The notes under the pieces are model-generated. The model did not search any database. It was not told the DNA's origin and saw only the letters and a list, made by a program, of their open reading frames with translations. Below, one piece after another: positions 28,349-38,794 of a stretch of DNA of 64,000 nt; position 1 is the stretch's first letter; every line of letters starts with the position of its first letter. Position numbers and translations under genes: made by a program. The stretch is from the NCBI GenBank assembly GCA_011388275.1, contig DSAB01000119.1, positions 41,285 through 105,284 on the forward strand, read 5' to 3'. This DNA is from a bacterium. Its GTDB lineage: Bacteria; Zhuqueibacterota; QNDG01; DSAB01.

Positions 28349-29446
28349 CTAGTTTTCAAACCGATGACCGCAGGACTGAAGGATGAGTCTTTCGTAATTG
28401 AGAGTAATCGAATCCCAGTTGAAAACCTTTTCTGCGAGTCGCCGTCCTCTTCTTCCCATTGCCTGAAGTTCCATATCACTCATTTTCACCATGCGCATCA
28501 GGACCTCACCCAGAGCAGACGGTTGGTGATAAACCATTCCGCATTGATATCGCGTTACAAAATCGGCTGTCTCATCCACATCGGATACCAGCACCGGTTT
28601 TCCCAATGCGATAAACTCCGCGAATTTGGTGGGAAATGCGATCCGCGTGACTCTTGAAGACCTTCGGGGGATTACCAGAATATCCGATTCTTTGAGTCTT
28701 TTCACGAGATCAGCCTGACTCATCCTGTCCGTCAAACACACCCCGTTTCCCAGATCTTTTCGGATTGATGTTTTTGCGGCTGTTTCTTCTTGAGAAAACC
28801 CGATAAATGTGAAAACAACGGACGGTCCCTTCCACATTCTTGCTGCTGCTACCAGATCATTAACCGCTTGATAGGATTGGAATTGTCCTGCATACGTGAT
28901 TTTTCGAACCCGATTAAATCTGTCCGGCCCGGCATTGAATACCGAAAGATTCACTCCGTTTCGGATTATTGATATCCGCTCTTCTTTGATTCCACGGCTC
29001 ATGGTCATATGCTTTAGAGGGCCTGAAACCGCTAAAAAATGATTCGAAAATCCCATGGCTCCCAACTCCTGTGTGAATGCCTTGAGTACCGGCAACGGCC
29101 CCACCTCTTTTCCAAGTCGGCTTTCAGTCTGAATCTCTGCTATTCGGTCGCCATGCATATCATAGAAGACTCGGGCCTGAAAAGGCTTGCATAAATTTGC
29201 CGCGAAAGCGGCTGGCGTACCTCCCGCATGAATAATATGATATCGGTTAAACAGCTGTCTCAAGCGGGATCTGTAAAGAGGCAGCATGGTATGGCTTGTA
29301 TCCGTAAAATCCGACATATAAAAAAAATCACAACGGAATCCCCGGTCCGTCAGCCCCCGGGCAAGAGATTTAAGCCGATGGGTATAAGCGGAATTGTCAT
29401 CCGAAGCGTTTCTTGAAAGAAACAGAATCTTAATTGAACAATTCAT
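28349..29446 (-). CDS. GT4 glycosyltransferase
   Basis: IRNGVNL, SDILVIPR, FPTKFAEFIALGKPVLVSDV. Start set at ATG 29446. Confidence 0.88.
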   Translation of the reverse strand: MNCSIKILFLSRNASDDNSAYTHRLKSLARGLTDRGFRCDFFYMSDFTDTSHTMLPLYRSRLRQLFNRYHIIHAGGTPAAFAANLCKPFQARVFYDMHGDRIAEIQTESRLGKEVGPLPVLKAFTQELGAMGFSNHFLAVSGPLKHMTMSRGIKEERISIIRNGVNLSVFNAGPDRFNRVRKITYAGQFQSYQAVNDLVAAARMWKGPSVVFTFIGFSQEETAAKTSIRKDLGNGVCLTDRMSQADLVKRLKESDILVIPRRSSRVTRIAFPTKFAEFIALGKPVLVSDVDETADFVTRYQCGMVYHQPSALGEVLMRMVKMSDMELQAMGRRGRRLAEKVFNWDSITLNYERLILQSCGHRFEN

Positions 29447-30539
29447 CGGACAGAACCTTTCGTATGATGATCTCGCTGCTGTTCCCGTCGCCAAACGGAT
29501 TTTCCCACTGTCCGTCGCGATCCCACATGATCGAAGACTGTTCAAGTATGTGTTCGGGTTCCGCTCCGGCCAGGGCATTGCTGCCGACCCGAAGGGTCTC
29601 CGGCCTTTCCGTGTTGTCTCTTAAGGTGACGCAAGGACGTTTCAGAATACAAGCCTCTTCCTGAATTCCTCCTGAATCGGTAAGAATCAGACGGCTTTCA
29701 CTCATGAGAAACAGAAAATCCAGATACCCGACAGGCTCAATCAGCCGAATACCCTTCGGACAGTGGATATCAAACGCTTTCAGGCGTTTTCGTGTCCGCG
29801 GATGGACAGGATAAATCACTTCGATCTTCCTGTCTTGAGATACCTTATCAACGCCATTCAGTATGTTCCTGAGTCTGAGAGGGTTATCGACGTTCTCCTG
29901 GCGATGCAATGTCAGGATCATATATCGCCCCGACTCCAGGTTCATCTTCTTGAGATCGCCTCTTTTCCGTGCGATAGGCAGGTTCTGATAAACCGAGTCC
30001 ACGATGGTATTTCCCGTTATGTGGATACGGGAGGGGTCAATACCTTCTTTCCGCAAAATAATCTGAGCTTCCTCAGTGGGTGTAAAAAGCCAGTGACTGA
30101 GATGATCCACGAGAATCCGGTTAATCTCTTCCGGCATGGTTCGGTCATAACTTCGTAATCCGGCCTCTACATGCCCGACCGGAATCATCAACTTTACGGC
30201 TGCCAGACCCCCGGCAAGAACTGTGTTTGTATCGCCCTCTACCAGGACGGCTCCGGGTTTTTTATGTATCAACACAGATTCGATACCTGTGAGTAATCTT
30301 CCGGTCTGGTCACCGTGGTAGCCTGAACCCACATCCAGCTTGACATCAGGATCAGGCAGTTCCAGATCCCTGAAAAAAATTCGATCCATCTCAAACGAAT
30401 AATGCTGTCCGGTATGGACAATACTATATGGTACTTCGTGTTCCATACAGAAGCGAACAATCGGTGCCATCTTGATGATTTCAGGACGGGTACCCACGAC
30501 AACAGCCAGGGGCCGTTCCGGCAAGAGAGTTTTCGTCAT
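29430..30539 (-). CDS. wecB: UDP-N-acetylglucosamine 2-epimerase (non-hydrolysing)
   Basis: GTRPEIIKMAP, HTGQHY, GDTNT, HVEAGLRS, TDSGGIQEEA, TERPE. Confidence 0.96.
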   Translation of the reverse strand: MTKTLLPERPLAVVVGTRPEIIKMAPIVRFCMEHEVPYSIVHTGQHYSFEMDRIFFRDLELPDPDVKLDVGSGYHGDQTGRLLTGIESVLIHKKPGAVLVEGDTNTVLAGGLAAVKLMIPVGHVEAGLRSYDRTMPEEINRILVDHLSHWLFTPTEEAQIILRKEGIDPSRIHITGNTIVDSVYQNLPIARKRGDLKKMNLESGRYMILTLHRQENVDNPLRLRNILNGVDKVSQDRKIEVIYPVHPRTRKRLKAFDIHCPKGIRLIEPVGYLDFLFLMSESRLILTDSGGIQEEACILKRPCVTLRDNTERPETLRVGSNALAGAEPEHILEQSSIMWDRDGQWENPFGDGNSSEIIIRKVLSDELFN

Positions 30540-31702
30540 TACAGGTCCTCTCCCTCGAATATAATGTATGGTTCAGCCAGCATCAGAAAGTCGGCAAAGA
30601 ATTTGGCCGCCCAGTTCGGATACACATAGGGAAGATAATTGCCGTCAATCGGGAATGAGCCGGATATGGCCCCGGATATGAACGGAAAGAGACGACTTTT
30701 TTCCTGAACCTCAATAAGAAATCGGTACAGTCTTCGTATGCTTTTCAGATACCGGTAATCGCCGGTTTGTTCAAATATTTTCAGCCATAATATTCCAATT
30801 TGCGCGTTTCCGGTCAGACAGGTTGATTCTGCGGTTGTATTCCATGCCGAATCCAGGCTTCCCGGAAAAGCTCCGTCTTTTCGCTGGATCAGCATCAGGG
30901 CTTCCGCGGTTTTCAATGCGGCTTCCATCATTCTTTCGTTTTTCAAATGCATGCCCGATTCCCATACCCCCCGTGCCGCGTAAGCGATGGTGTGCGTATA
31001 GACCGACCGTCCTTCCTGGAACGCGTTTTGATGAAACCATCCATCGGGTGACTGCCGGTTCAGAGCCCACTCGATATTTCTGCGCGCACATCGTCTGTAA
31101 ACCGGTTTTGGATGGATGGTATGCAGCTCCAACAGAGACCACGCGACCCGTGTGTGGTAAGAATGTGCCTGATTATTGAATGTATATCGAGTCCATGCAC
31201 CATCCGAATCCTGGATCGAGACGAGCCAGTCGCCGGACCGAATGGCCGCGTCTCTGTATCGTGGATCTCCTGTGACTGAAAAACCCCGAACCCAACCGAA
31301 AATAACCTGGCCCGTATCAAAAACAACCGGATGTCGAGCTCCTTCCATGATTCCGGAAATGGCACCTTCGTCACCTTGTCGGGTCAAAAGCCAGTCAAGC
31401 ATCTGAATGGCCCGGTTCGCATATTGTTCATCGGATACAAAATGTGCATAATCAAAAAATGTGGGCGCGATATATCCCGTAGTTTCAGGAAAGGGAGGCC
31501 TCCATCCGCTGCGCAGGTCATATCCTTCCGACACACCCGATCCATGTATTGCCTGCGCTCTGCACAGCCACAACATGGCCTGTTTCAGAGCTTCATGAAG
31601 ACGAGGCTGTTTCCTGTGCGCGGAACGATGCCGAAATCGTTCCCTTGTCCTCCAAAAAAATAAAGTATTGCGTTTAATCGCACGTTTAAATCGAGCGATC
31701 AT
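30539..31702 (-). CDS. QW-repeat (prenyltransferase/squalene-cyclase-like) alpha/alpha toroid protein, function unknown
   Basis: Repeats RQGDEGAI, IQDSDGAW, RQSPDGWF, IQRKDGAF; PETTGYI motif; coupled to wecB by TAATG. Confidence 0.65.
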   Translation of the reverse strand: MIARFKRAIKRNTLFFWRTRERFRHRSAHRKQPRLHEALKQAMLWLCRAQAIHGSGVSEGYDLRSGWRPPFPETTGYIAPTFFDYAHFVSDEQYANRAIQMLDWLLTRQGDEGAISGIMEGARHPVVFDTGQVIFGWVRGFSVTGDPRYRDAAIRSGDWLVSIQDSDGAWTRYTFNNQAHSYHTRVAWSLLELHTIHPKPVYRRCARRNIEWALNRQSPDGWFHQNAFQEGRSVYTHTIAYAARGVWESGMHLKNERMMEAALKTAEALMLIQRKDGAFPGSLDSAWNTTAESTCLTGNAQIGILWLKIFEQTGDYRYLKSIRRLYRFLIEVQEKSRLFPFISGAISGSFPIDGNYLPYVYPNWAAKFFADFLMLAEPYIIFEGEDL

Positions 31703-32704
31703 TTATCCTCCCTGTTTCATGTCAGCCATCATCCATTTCTCGTTGACGGACTGCACTTTTTTCTCCCAATCACGGGAATGTGCTTCTCTCATGGTCTCCA
31801 TCTGCCGGCTTAATTTTTTCCTGTGTTTCAGGGCTTCCAGTAATTTCTCCGCGATGTCCTCCGCTTCAGGAACCGCATAAAGGGTCCCCTGATAAAAATG
31901 ACTCATCAGATAAGGAAACCGGCTTGTGACCAAAGGTTTCCCCATATACATGGCTTCCATTCCTCCTGACTGCAAAGTAAAGTCTCTGTTGGTCAAAGCC
32001 AGCACCACATCCACACTTTTCAACATAGAGACATATTCTTCATACGGGATAAAATCTGTAAAATACACATTGTCCGGTGCGTTACGGACTCTTCTGCCCT
32101 GGGCCCCGTCGACTCGTCCGGTCACATAAAAGTGGACTTCAGGGAGATTGGAGGCCGCAAGCAGGATTTCATCAAGTGGTTCATCCATAGCGAACGTATT
32201 CACCACCAGAATGGAATTTGATTTTAATCTTTTTTTGCCGGCTTCGGGAAAATCAATCGGAGGGTTCATAATGATGGTTTCTCCTCCCCATGATTCGACC
32301 AAACGAACCAGGTGGTCATTGGTTACAATGGTCAATAATGCCCTTTTACACAGGAATTTATGAAGAAAACGGAACATTGTCCAGGGAAAAGAGATCAATG
32401 ATCCGGTATGTGCGTCTATAACCAGCTTGCAACCGTATAAAGCGCAAAATAAATGGGCTATCCAGGCGCAGAAAAGCGGAGGCGACATGGCCATGACAAG
32501 TCCCGGCCTTTTCTTTCGAAGCACGGCCAGTGTCTTCGCGGCCATCAGCGGATATTTGAACAGAGCCCATTCAGGGCTGCGGTATTTAAAATAGTGAACC
32601 AGGCAAAGTTCCGCATTGAAATGAGACGCGAAACTGTCGGCCCTTCTGTTAAATGGAGCCCATGCCAGGTAAACAGGACGACCATAACGAGATTTCATTT
32701 TCAA
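31703..32704 (-). CDS. GT-B glycosyltransferase (GT4/Alg1-like)
   Basis: NTFAMDEP, FTDFIP..EY, GGMEAMYMGKPLVTS. Confidence 0.8.
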   Translation of the reverse strand: MKMKSRYGRPVYLAWAPFNRRADSFASHFNAELCLVHYFKYRSPEWALFKYPLMAAKTLAVLRKKRPGLVMAMSPPLFCAWIAHLFCALYGCKLVIDAHTGSLISFPWTMFRFLHKFLCKRALLTIVTNDHLVRLVESWGGETIIMNPPIDFPEAGKKRLKSNSILVVNTFAMDEPLDEILLAASNLPEVHFYVTGRVDGAQGRRVRNAPDNVYFTDFIPYEEYVSMLKSVDVVLALTNRDFTLQSGGMEAMYMGKPLVTSRFPYLMSHFYQGTLYAVPEAEDIAEKLLEALKHRKKLSRQMETMREAHSRDWEKKVQSVNEKWMMADMKQGG

Positions 32705-33813
32705 GCCTCCAGTAAAGATTTATAAACTTCCAATACTCGAGAGGCGCAACGTTGCTCCGAATAGAGCCTGCTGATTTTTTTAGCTTCCAGGCCCAATCGA
32801 TGCCGCAGCGTCAAGTTGTTCATGATTTCAATAATGGCTCGACTCAGCGATTTACTGTCTTCGGGTTCCGTCAGGAGGCCGGAGCTACCATGATGAAGCA
32901 TAAAGGGAATATCGCCGACACGTGTGGCCGCGATGGGCAGTCCGGCGGCCATGGCTTCGAGCAGTGTCACAGGCCATCCCTCCCTTCGTGAAGGAAGAAC
33001 GAAAACATCAAAGATCGAATACCAGCCGCTTACCGCATGCTGATATCCCATGAACCGAACGCTCTGATCCAATCCTCTTTTTCTGCAAGTCTTCTCCAGA
33101 TTCTGACGCAGCGGACCGTCTCCGAGAATCACGCAGCGGGAATCCGGAAACACACTTTGCACGAAACCAAAAGCTTCGATCAGTATGTCGTGGCCTTTTT
33201 CCGGACTGAGTCTGCCTACTGTTCCGACAAGTCTCCCCCGTCCCCACTTTCTTATCTCCTTCTGAACAGCAGTTAGAGGTGTTTCTTCATGAGGCTTGAC
33301 GCCATTGGGTATCCAGGTCAGTCGATCCGGCCGCATGCCAGTGCGCTGCAACGAACGGACAATAGGGCGAGAGACCCCGATAACATGGTGCAATTTTCTC
33401 AACGCAAGCAGATCCAGTGCTTCCCAGATGATTACCGGAATTCCGGCATGGGTCCACCCATGTTTTGTCGCCACCACCGGTATGCCGGTTTTTTTCGATA
33501 CGGCCAGTCCGTACAGATCCGCTTTGAATCCATGCGTATGCAGAATTTGAATCTTTTCATGAACCAGGGTTTGGGACAGCGATTGAATGGTTCGGGAATC
33601 CCATCTTCTTGAACAGGGAAAATTGATGAAAGGAATATTGATTCCCCGAGCCGCCTCACTGAATTCCGAAGACGGGGATCGCCGATCATCGATATTGCCG
33701 ATGATGATCTCATTCCCAAATGCATGCAATTGTCGAGTCAGAGACAGAATCACGTGTTCGGCACCGTAATATCCGGAACTCTTTCTCAACATCATAACCC
33801 GAACCGGTTTCAT
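32701..33813 (-). CDS. GT4 glycosyltransferase
   Basis: YGAE, HTHGFKAD, VGRLSPEKG, PSRREGWPVTLLEAMAAGLP. Confidence 0.92.
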   Translation of the reverse strand: MKPVRVMMLRKSSGYYGAEHVILSLTRQLHAFGNEIIIGNIDDRRSPSSEFSEAARGINIPFINFPCSRRWDSRTIQSLSQTLVHEKIQILHTHGFKADLYGLAVSKKTGIPVVATKHGWTHAGIPVIIWEALDLLALRKLHHVIGVSRPIVRSLQRTGMRPDRLTWIPNGVKPHEETPLTAVQKEIRKWGRGRLVGTVGRLSPEKGHDILIEAFGFVQSVFPDSRCVILGDGPLRQNLEKTCRKRGLDQSVRFMGYQHAVSGWYSIFDVFVLPSRREGWPVTLLEAMAAGLPIAATRVGDIPFMLHHGSSGLLTEPEDSKSLSRAIIEIMNNLTLRHRLGLEAKKISRLYSEQRCASRVLEVYKSLLEA

Positions 33814-33817
33814 GACC

Positions 33818-35269
33818 TCAGGAATTCCTCCATTGAAATATTTGATTTCTTTGGCGCCATAAGATACGAATCATCTCGATCTCTTCAGAGCTGAAAGACC
33901 TGAGCAGCCACAGACAAAGACCGTAGACGATCAAGCCCGAAGGCACAACAATAAACAGTGAGACCGGCAAACAGATCACCAGACCCATAACTACCGCCGA
34001 TAATGCGGGACGAAAAAATACATCCCAAAAAGGAATTCTGAAAAGGACACGGGATACATAAAAGTTCTGAACCAGTAGAAAAAATACAATAGAGAGCAGG
34101 GTTGCCACGCCGGCTCCAAACGGTCCAAAACGGGGAATCAGCACCAAATTCAAACAAACATTGAAAACCGCACCCATCGTGTTGACCCACAGATCGATGC
34201 GCTGACGATGGCTGGCGATTAATCCGTTACCCAGAATGTTGGCAATCGGAAAGAAAACCATTGTCCAGATCAGCACCTGAAGGGTGGATTCCCCGCCGGA
34301 AAATTCGGCCTGGCCGTAAAGAAGAAGGAGTATTTCCCGTGCGCGCAGCGTGACAGCTACGGCCACGGGCAAAGAAAATATCAACAGATATTTTATCGAC
34401 CGAATACAGCTGATTTGAAAAGATTCCCGAGACTGAAGATAAAAATGGGAAATAACCGGGAATATAGCAACGATGTAACTGTTGGCCAGTTCCTTTCCGA
34501 TGCTCAGAAGACGATAGGCAGCCGAATACAGACCCACTGAAACGGTTCCCTGCATTTTTGACAGCATAAGGATGTCCGTATTCCAATAGACCATCACCAC
34601 AATCGACAGAGCGAAAAAAGTGGGAATCTGACGAAACAGATCGAAAAAAGATTCTCGGTTCAGTTCCCAGCGTATAGGCCCGGCCCCCCTGTGCACTAAA
34701 ATTAATCCCAGAATCATGGATATCAAATGAGACACAGCCACCGCTCCGATTACGGCAATGATCGGTCCACGAAGCACCAGAACGGTGATCCCCAGAATGA
34801 CCTTGATCAGAGTTTCGGAAATAAGAATAACAGCCGTATACTCCATGCGTTCAACACCCTGAAGCAAAGCCTGTGTGATCAGACTGATGGTATAACAGAT
34901 CAAAGCCGGCGCCAGAATCATCACGCCGTACAGAATGGCGGATTCATATTTCAGAAGTACGGCCGTGCCCGCCATAATCATGGAAAAGATCAAAGCCGAA
35001 ATTCCTCCCAGCAGATATCCGCCAGACAAGATTCTCCCCACCGAAGAGGGCCTGGCCGCAACATCACGAACAATGGGTCCATGCAGTCCCAGAGCCGAAA
35101 ATGTGGTAAAAAATGAAAACAATGTCAGAACCGTCGTATATTCGCCCAGACCCTGCGCGCCTGTCTGCCGCGATAGTACCAATACCAGCACCATCGCCAG
35201 AAAGGGGTTGGTGACCCGGGCCACTGAAAGGAAGTAGGTATTTCGAATCAATCTGACCGACCGCCTCAT
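33818..35269 (-). CDS. wzx: Wzx oligosaccharide flippase
   Basis: Many TM helices; D.LML......SVGLYSAAYRL; LIPRFG..GA..AT. Confidence 0.9.
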   Translation of the reverse strand: MRRSVRLIRNTYFLSVARVTNPFLAMVLVLVLSRQTGAQGLGEYTTVLTLFSFFTTFSALGLHGPIVRDVAARPSSVGRILSGGYLLGGISALIFSMIMAGTAVLLKYESAILYGVMILAPALICYTISLITQALLQGVERMEYTAVILISETLIKVILGITVLVLRGPIIAVIGAVAVSHLISMILGLILVHRGAGPIRWELNRESFFDLFRQIPTFFALSIVVMVYWNTDILMLSKMQGTVSVGLYSAAYRLLSIGKELANSYIVAIFPVISHFYLQSRESFQISCIRSIKYLLIFSLPVAVAVTLRAREILLLLYGQAEFSGGESTLQVLIWTMVFFPIANILGNGLIASHRQRIDLWVNTMGAVFNVCLNLVLIPRFGPFGAGVATLLSIVFFLLVQNFYVSRVLFRIPFWDVFFRPALSAVVMGLVICLPVSLFIVVPSGLIVYGLCLWLLRSFSSEEIEMIRILWRQRNQIFQWRNS

Positions 35270-36705
35270 GAATCCTCCTCAACGGGTGGATGCTCTTTCT
35301 GAAACCTGTTATCACCCAATCCAGCCGCCATGCCGGCCACAAGCCAAAGATGGTAATCCGAAATGCGTCCATCAAGTGACTCAAAAAACATTTGCAGGCA
35401 AAATACCAGCAATCCAATGGCCAGAGCTCTGGCCAATAAAGCAATGTTTTTATTCAACGAACGGGAAGCGCATATCAAACTTCTGAAAACAGCGGCAAGA
35501 AATACAAGAAAAGTGACAATGCCTGTGATTCCAAGTTCCGCCATTACCAGCAGATAGCGGTTATGCACAATCCATCGTTCCTGTGTCAGGAAAAAAGGTA
35601 CATAATCGGACATGATCAACGCATACACATTGGTTCCGGCACCAAAAACAGGATAAAAACGAAATATTTCCCAGGCCGACCGTATAAGCTGGAGCCGGTA
35701 CACCAGTGTCTCTGTTCCCTGGCCGAAGCGTGACCACAAAACATGCCCGAATACCAGTAATCCGGCGACTGCCGCGATTCCTGCTGCGGCAATCAATTTC
35801 CAGATTCCCCGATTCCGAAAATGAATACTAAAAAGGATCATCATGCCGATCGAGAAAGTCAGCCACGCTCCTCTCGTTTGGGTCAGAATCAAACCAATAA
35901 TTCCCATAGTCAGAGAAACAATCGGAAGCAAACGTTTGCCGGAACGGTTCATCAGTAAAAGCGTCAGCGGAAGCGGCAGCAGCGAGGCCATGTAACTGGC
36001 GGATACATTGGGCGATCCCGTGGTGCCGGCGGACCGGAATAACACTTCACCATAATTCTCGACGACTTCCAGTGCCGCTGTGGTAAAATTGGATTGCGCA
36101 ATGAACTGAACGATGCAAACGCCGCTCATAATAATCAGACAGCCCATCAACAGATTGCAAAACAACCTGTATCGACCTTCATAAGCGATGTGATTGGCCA
36201 CCAGAAAATACAGAAGAAAGACTTTGCCGTTTTGGACAACAGCAAACAAACTTAAACTCATATCCGGAGTGTTTAAAATGGAAAGCAGATGGGCGGCCAG
36301 AAACAATAACGCAGGCACTGACACCGAAGCATAGAACTGCATACGCTGCCTGCCCGAAGACATATGAAAAATCCAGATAAATATCAGAATGAAGACTGCG
36401 GCATCCGTAATGGTCAGCATGATACCATTGAACGTCCCCACATATTCACGGTATATCAAATGGATATTAAACTCCAGGGGTACGGCCAGCACAAGCATGG
36501 CCCATAACAGATCCCATGGCCTGCCTGTCAATTGAACGACGACCGGCCAAATTAACAGGCATGTCATCAAAACAAACATGGCAACGATCCATCGCTGGCT
36601 CAGGCCTCCCATTTTGAGACTTATCAGAGACATCATCAAAACCATAAGAACCATAAGAGCGAAAACAGCATGGCGTTCCAGCATTTTCTGCCCGTGCAGA
36701 TTCAC
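35266..36705 (-). CDS. Wzy polymerase / O-antigen ligase-family membrane protein
   Basis: Multi-TM; LTQTRGAWL; periplasmic loop ending P.FGAG.N...HN.YL....ELGITG. Confidence 0.82.
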   Translation of the reverse strand: MNLHGQKMLERHAVFALMVLMVLMMSLISLKMGGLSQRWIVAMFVLMTCLLIWPVVVQLTGRPWDLLWAMLVLAVPLEFNIHLIYREYVGTFNGIMLTITDAAVFILIFIWIFHMSSGRQRMQFYASVSVPALLFLAAHLLSILNTPDMSLSLFAVVQNGKVFLLYFLVANHIAYEGRYRLFCNLLMGCLIIMSGVCIVQFIAQSNFTTAALEVVENYGEVLFRSAGTTGSPNVSASYMASLLPLPLTLLLMNRSGKRLLPIVSLTMGIIGLILTQTRGAWLTFSIGMMILFSIHFRNRGIWKLIAAAGIAAVAGLLVFGHVLWSRFGQGTETLVYRLQLIRSAWEIFRFYPVFGAGTNVYALIMSDYVPFFLTQERWIVHNRYLLVMAELGITGIVTFLVFLAAVFRSLICASRSLNKNIALLARALAIGLLVFCLQMFFESLDGRISDYHLWLVAGMAAGLGDNRFQKEHPPVEEDS

Positions 36706-37595
36706 CTTCTGCCTCCCTTCTCATGGTTTTTCAGCAAATCGAATCGGCGCAATATTTTCTGAAGTTTACCCAGCCAATTCAGTGCGCCCCGAATCTTTGA
36801 CTTGAACATAAAATTCCCGTCATCCTTGAAAATCTGTATTCTGCGCAAATGATAGGGGCATGTCCTGTGTCTATTGAAACCCATATCCGTGGTACAGGCC
36901 GCTTGATAGTGATATTGAATAAAAAGCCGGCGAATAACGGATTCGCGTTTGCTATCCACTCGTCCTCCGCGAAGGGAATAGGGATAGGCGAAGTAACGGA
37001 CGACGCGTTTGAGTTTCTCCTCCAGGATTATTTTGGATCCGCCTATCTCTTTTTCCAAATCCTGAACCGGAATCAGCCCCAGCCGCGGATGAGTCATGGT
37101 ATGCGATCCTACGGTCACGACTGTTTCATCGATATTGCCGATCTGTTCCCAGGACATAACCTTTCGATTTGCTTGATGCTTCGAACACATTCTTTTTAGT
37201 GATCCCGATTCCTCTCCTCTGTTTTTGACGAAATCAACGGGAATAAAGAGGTGGGCGTGAAAACCGTATTTTATCAGCACGGGAACCACATGACGCTCGA
37301 AAGATTCGTATCCGTCGTCGAACGTCAAGACGACATTTCTTTTACGGTCCGATAGACGCCCGGAACCTTCCAGCCAGTCATCCAGAGTGATAACCTGACA
37401 ATGTTTATGTATGTATTCCATCTGATATTTGAATCGATCAAGACTTACGTCATACGACGTGCAGGGATCCTCGGCAATATGATGATAGGCCAGAATGATG
37501 CATCGCCTCCGTTCCTTTCGTTTCCATAAAAGTCCGTAAGCCGGCCAGAAAAGGATGCTGATTCCGGCCATGCCATACGTGTTCATTTTCCTCAT
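36702..37595 (-). CDS. CE4 polysaccharide deacetylase (IcaB/PgaB-like)
   Basis: ILAYHHI, LTFDDGY, GSHTMTHP, FAYPY. Confidence 0.9.
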   Translation of the reverse strand: MRKMNTYGMAGISILFWPAYGLLWKRKERRRCIILAYHHIAEDPCTSYDVSLDRFKYQMEYIHKHCQVITLDDWLEGSGRLSDRKRNVVLTFDDGYESFERHVVPVLIKYGFHAHLFIPVDFVKNRGEESGSLKRMCSKHQANRKVMSWEQIGNIDETVVTVGSHTMTHPRLGLIPVQDLEKEIGGSKIILEEKLKRVVRYFAYPYSLRGGRVDSKRESVIRRLFIQYHYQAACTTDMGFNRHRTCPYHLRRIQIFKDDGNFMFKSKIRGALNWLGKLQKILRRFDLLKNHEKGGRR

Positions 37596-38791
37596 CGGGT
37601 GACCTGCCTCCCCCTTCCGACCAGTGTATCAATGAGACGGAGATAATTCGACTTGTATCTTTCCCATCGATGAAAACGGAAAAACTGCTTTGCGTTCCGG
37701 ATCTGCGCCCGCCGAAGCGAAGGCGACCGGTACAGTTCGTAGATCGCACGGGCCATATCATCAGGGTCTTCAGGCCGGAAGAACCGAACCATTTGATCAT
37801 CGAAGTACCGTTTCGATGCGGTTGTTTCTGAAACCACGACAGGAAGCTCCATCGCCGCAAATTCCATAAGTTTGGTTGAAAGAGCCTCATCGGCAAACAT
37901 GCCTCCCTTTTTAGGAACCAGTCCGACATCGGCGTTTCTCATCCACTGCGGGACACTCTCCAGCGGTATGGAATGACCGGTAAAGCGAACATGTGAATTC
38001 AGGGCAAGTTCTTCGGCTTTCTGGCGCAGATACGACAGTTGGCTTCCATCGCCGACAATCTGAAACAAAATAGAAGGAATTTTTTCCTTGAGCATTGCCA
38101 CGGCTTCCAAGGCGATATCCACTCCGAAATGTTCAGCCAAATTTCCCGGATAAACAAGCGTAAACCTTCCTGACCTGATGGGTTTGAAACGTTCCGGGTT
38201 GAAAAGGGTGGTGTCCGGCACGTTCATCATGACCATACACCGATGGGCCGGTACGGAACGTTCGAGTTTTTTCTTCCAAATATCGGTCACAGTAATGACA
38301 TGGTGTGCAAAACAACAGGAGGCTTTTTCCACTTTCAGGAGGCCTCTGACGATGATGTGGTCCATCGTGACATTGAATTTTCTCGCATAAAATTCCGGAA
38401 CCAGATCATGAATATCCAGTATGAGTTTCGAACCGGTCATTCGCGGCAGCCAGGCAGCGAATATTTGGAAATCGGGGACGGAATGAACATGAACCACGTG
38501 ATATCGGTTTCGAACGTGAATACGGTTGAGAATCACCATGGAATGGAAAAAGAAACGAAACAGCCGCCATAAATAATCGAATGGATTCATCTCATTGTAT
38601 GCGCGTCCCATTATCTTGACCAGGCGGACTCCGTTCAGCTGTTTTTGATCGCCTAAAGGACCATCCTGCTTCAGACAAATGACATCCACTCTGTGTCCCG
38701 CACGGACCAGCGCTTCGGCATCCCGCCGGACACGGGTGTCCGATTCATAAAATGAATAGACCATCATGGCTATGCGCAAAGACGACTGCAT
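37592..38791 (-). CDS. GT4 glycosyltransferase
   Basis: DTRVRRDAEAL, LDIHDLVPEF, YPGNL...FG, STKLMEFAAMELPVV. Confidence 0.9.
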   Translation of the reverse strand: MQSSLRIAMMVYSFYESDTRVRRDAEALVRAGHRVDVICLKQDGPLGDQKQLNGVRLVKIMGRAYNEMNPFDYLWRLFRFFFHSMVILNRIHVRNRYHVVHVHSVPDFQIFAAWLPRMTGSKLILDIHDLVPEFYARKFNVTMDHIIVRGLLKVEKASCCFAHHVITVTDIWKKKLERSVPAHRCMVMMNVPDTTLFNPERFKPIRSGRFTLVYPGNLAEHFGVDIALEAVAMLKEKIPSILFQIVGDGSQLSYLRQKAEELALNSHVRFTGHSIPLESVPQWMRNADVGLVPKKGGMFADEALSTKLMEFAAMELPVVVSETTASKRYFDDQMVRFFRPEDPDDMARAIYELYRSPSLRRAQIRNAKQFFRFHRWERYKSNYLRLIDTLVGRGRQVTR

Positions 38792-38794
38792 GTT

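Noticed and set aside
27902-28657. 251-aa plus-strand ORF, and similar ones at 7969, 39581 and 58885
   Set aside because: Antisense to well-supported genes with non-protein-like composition.
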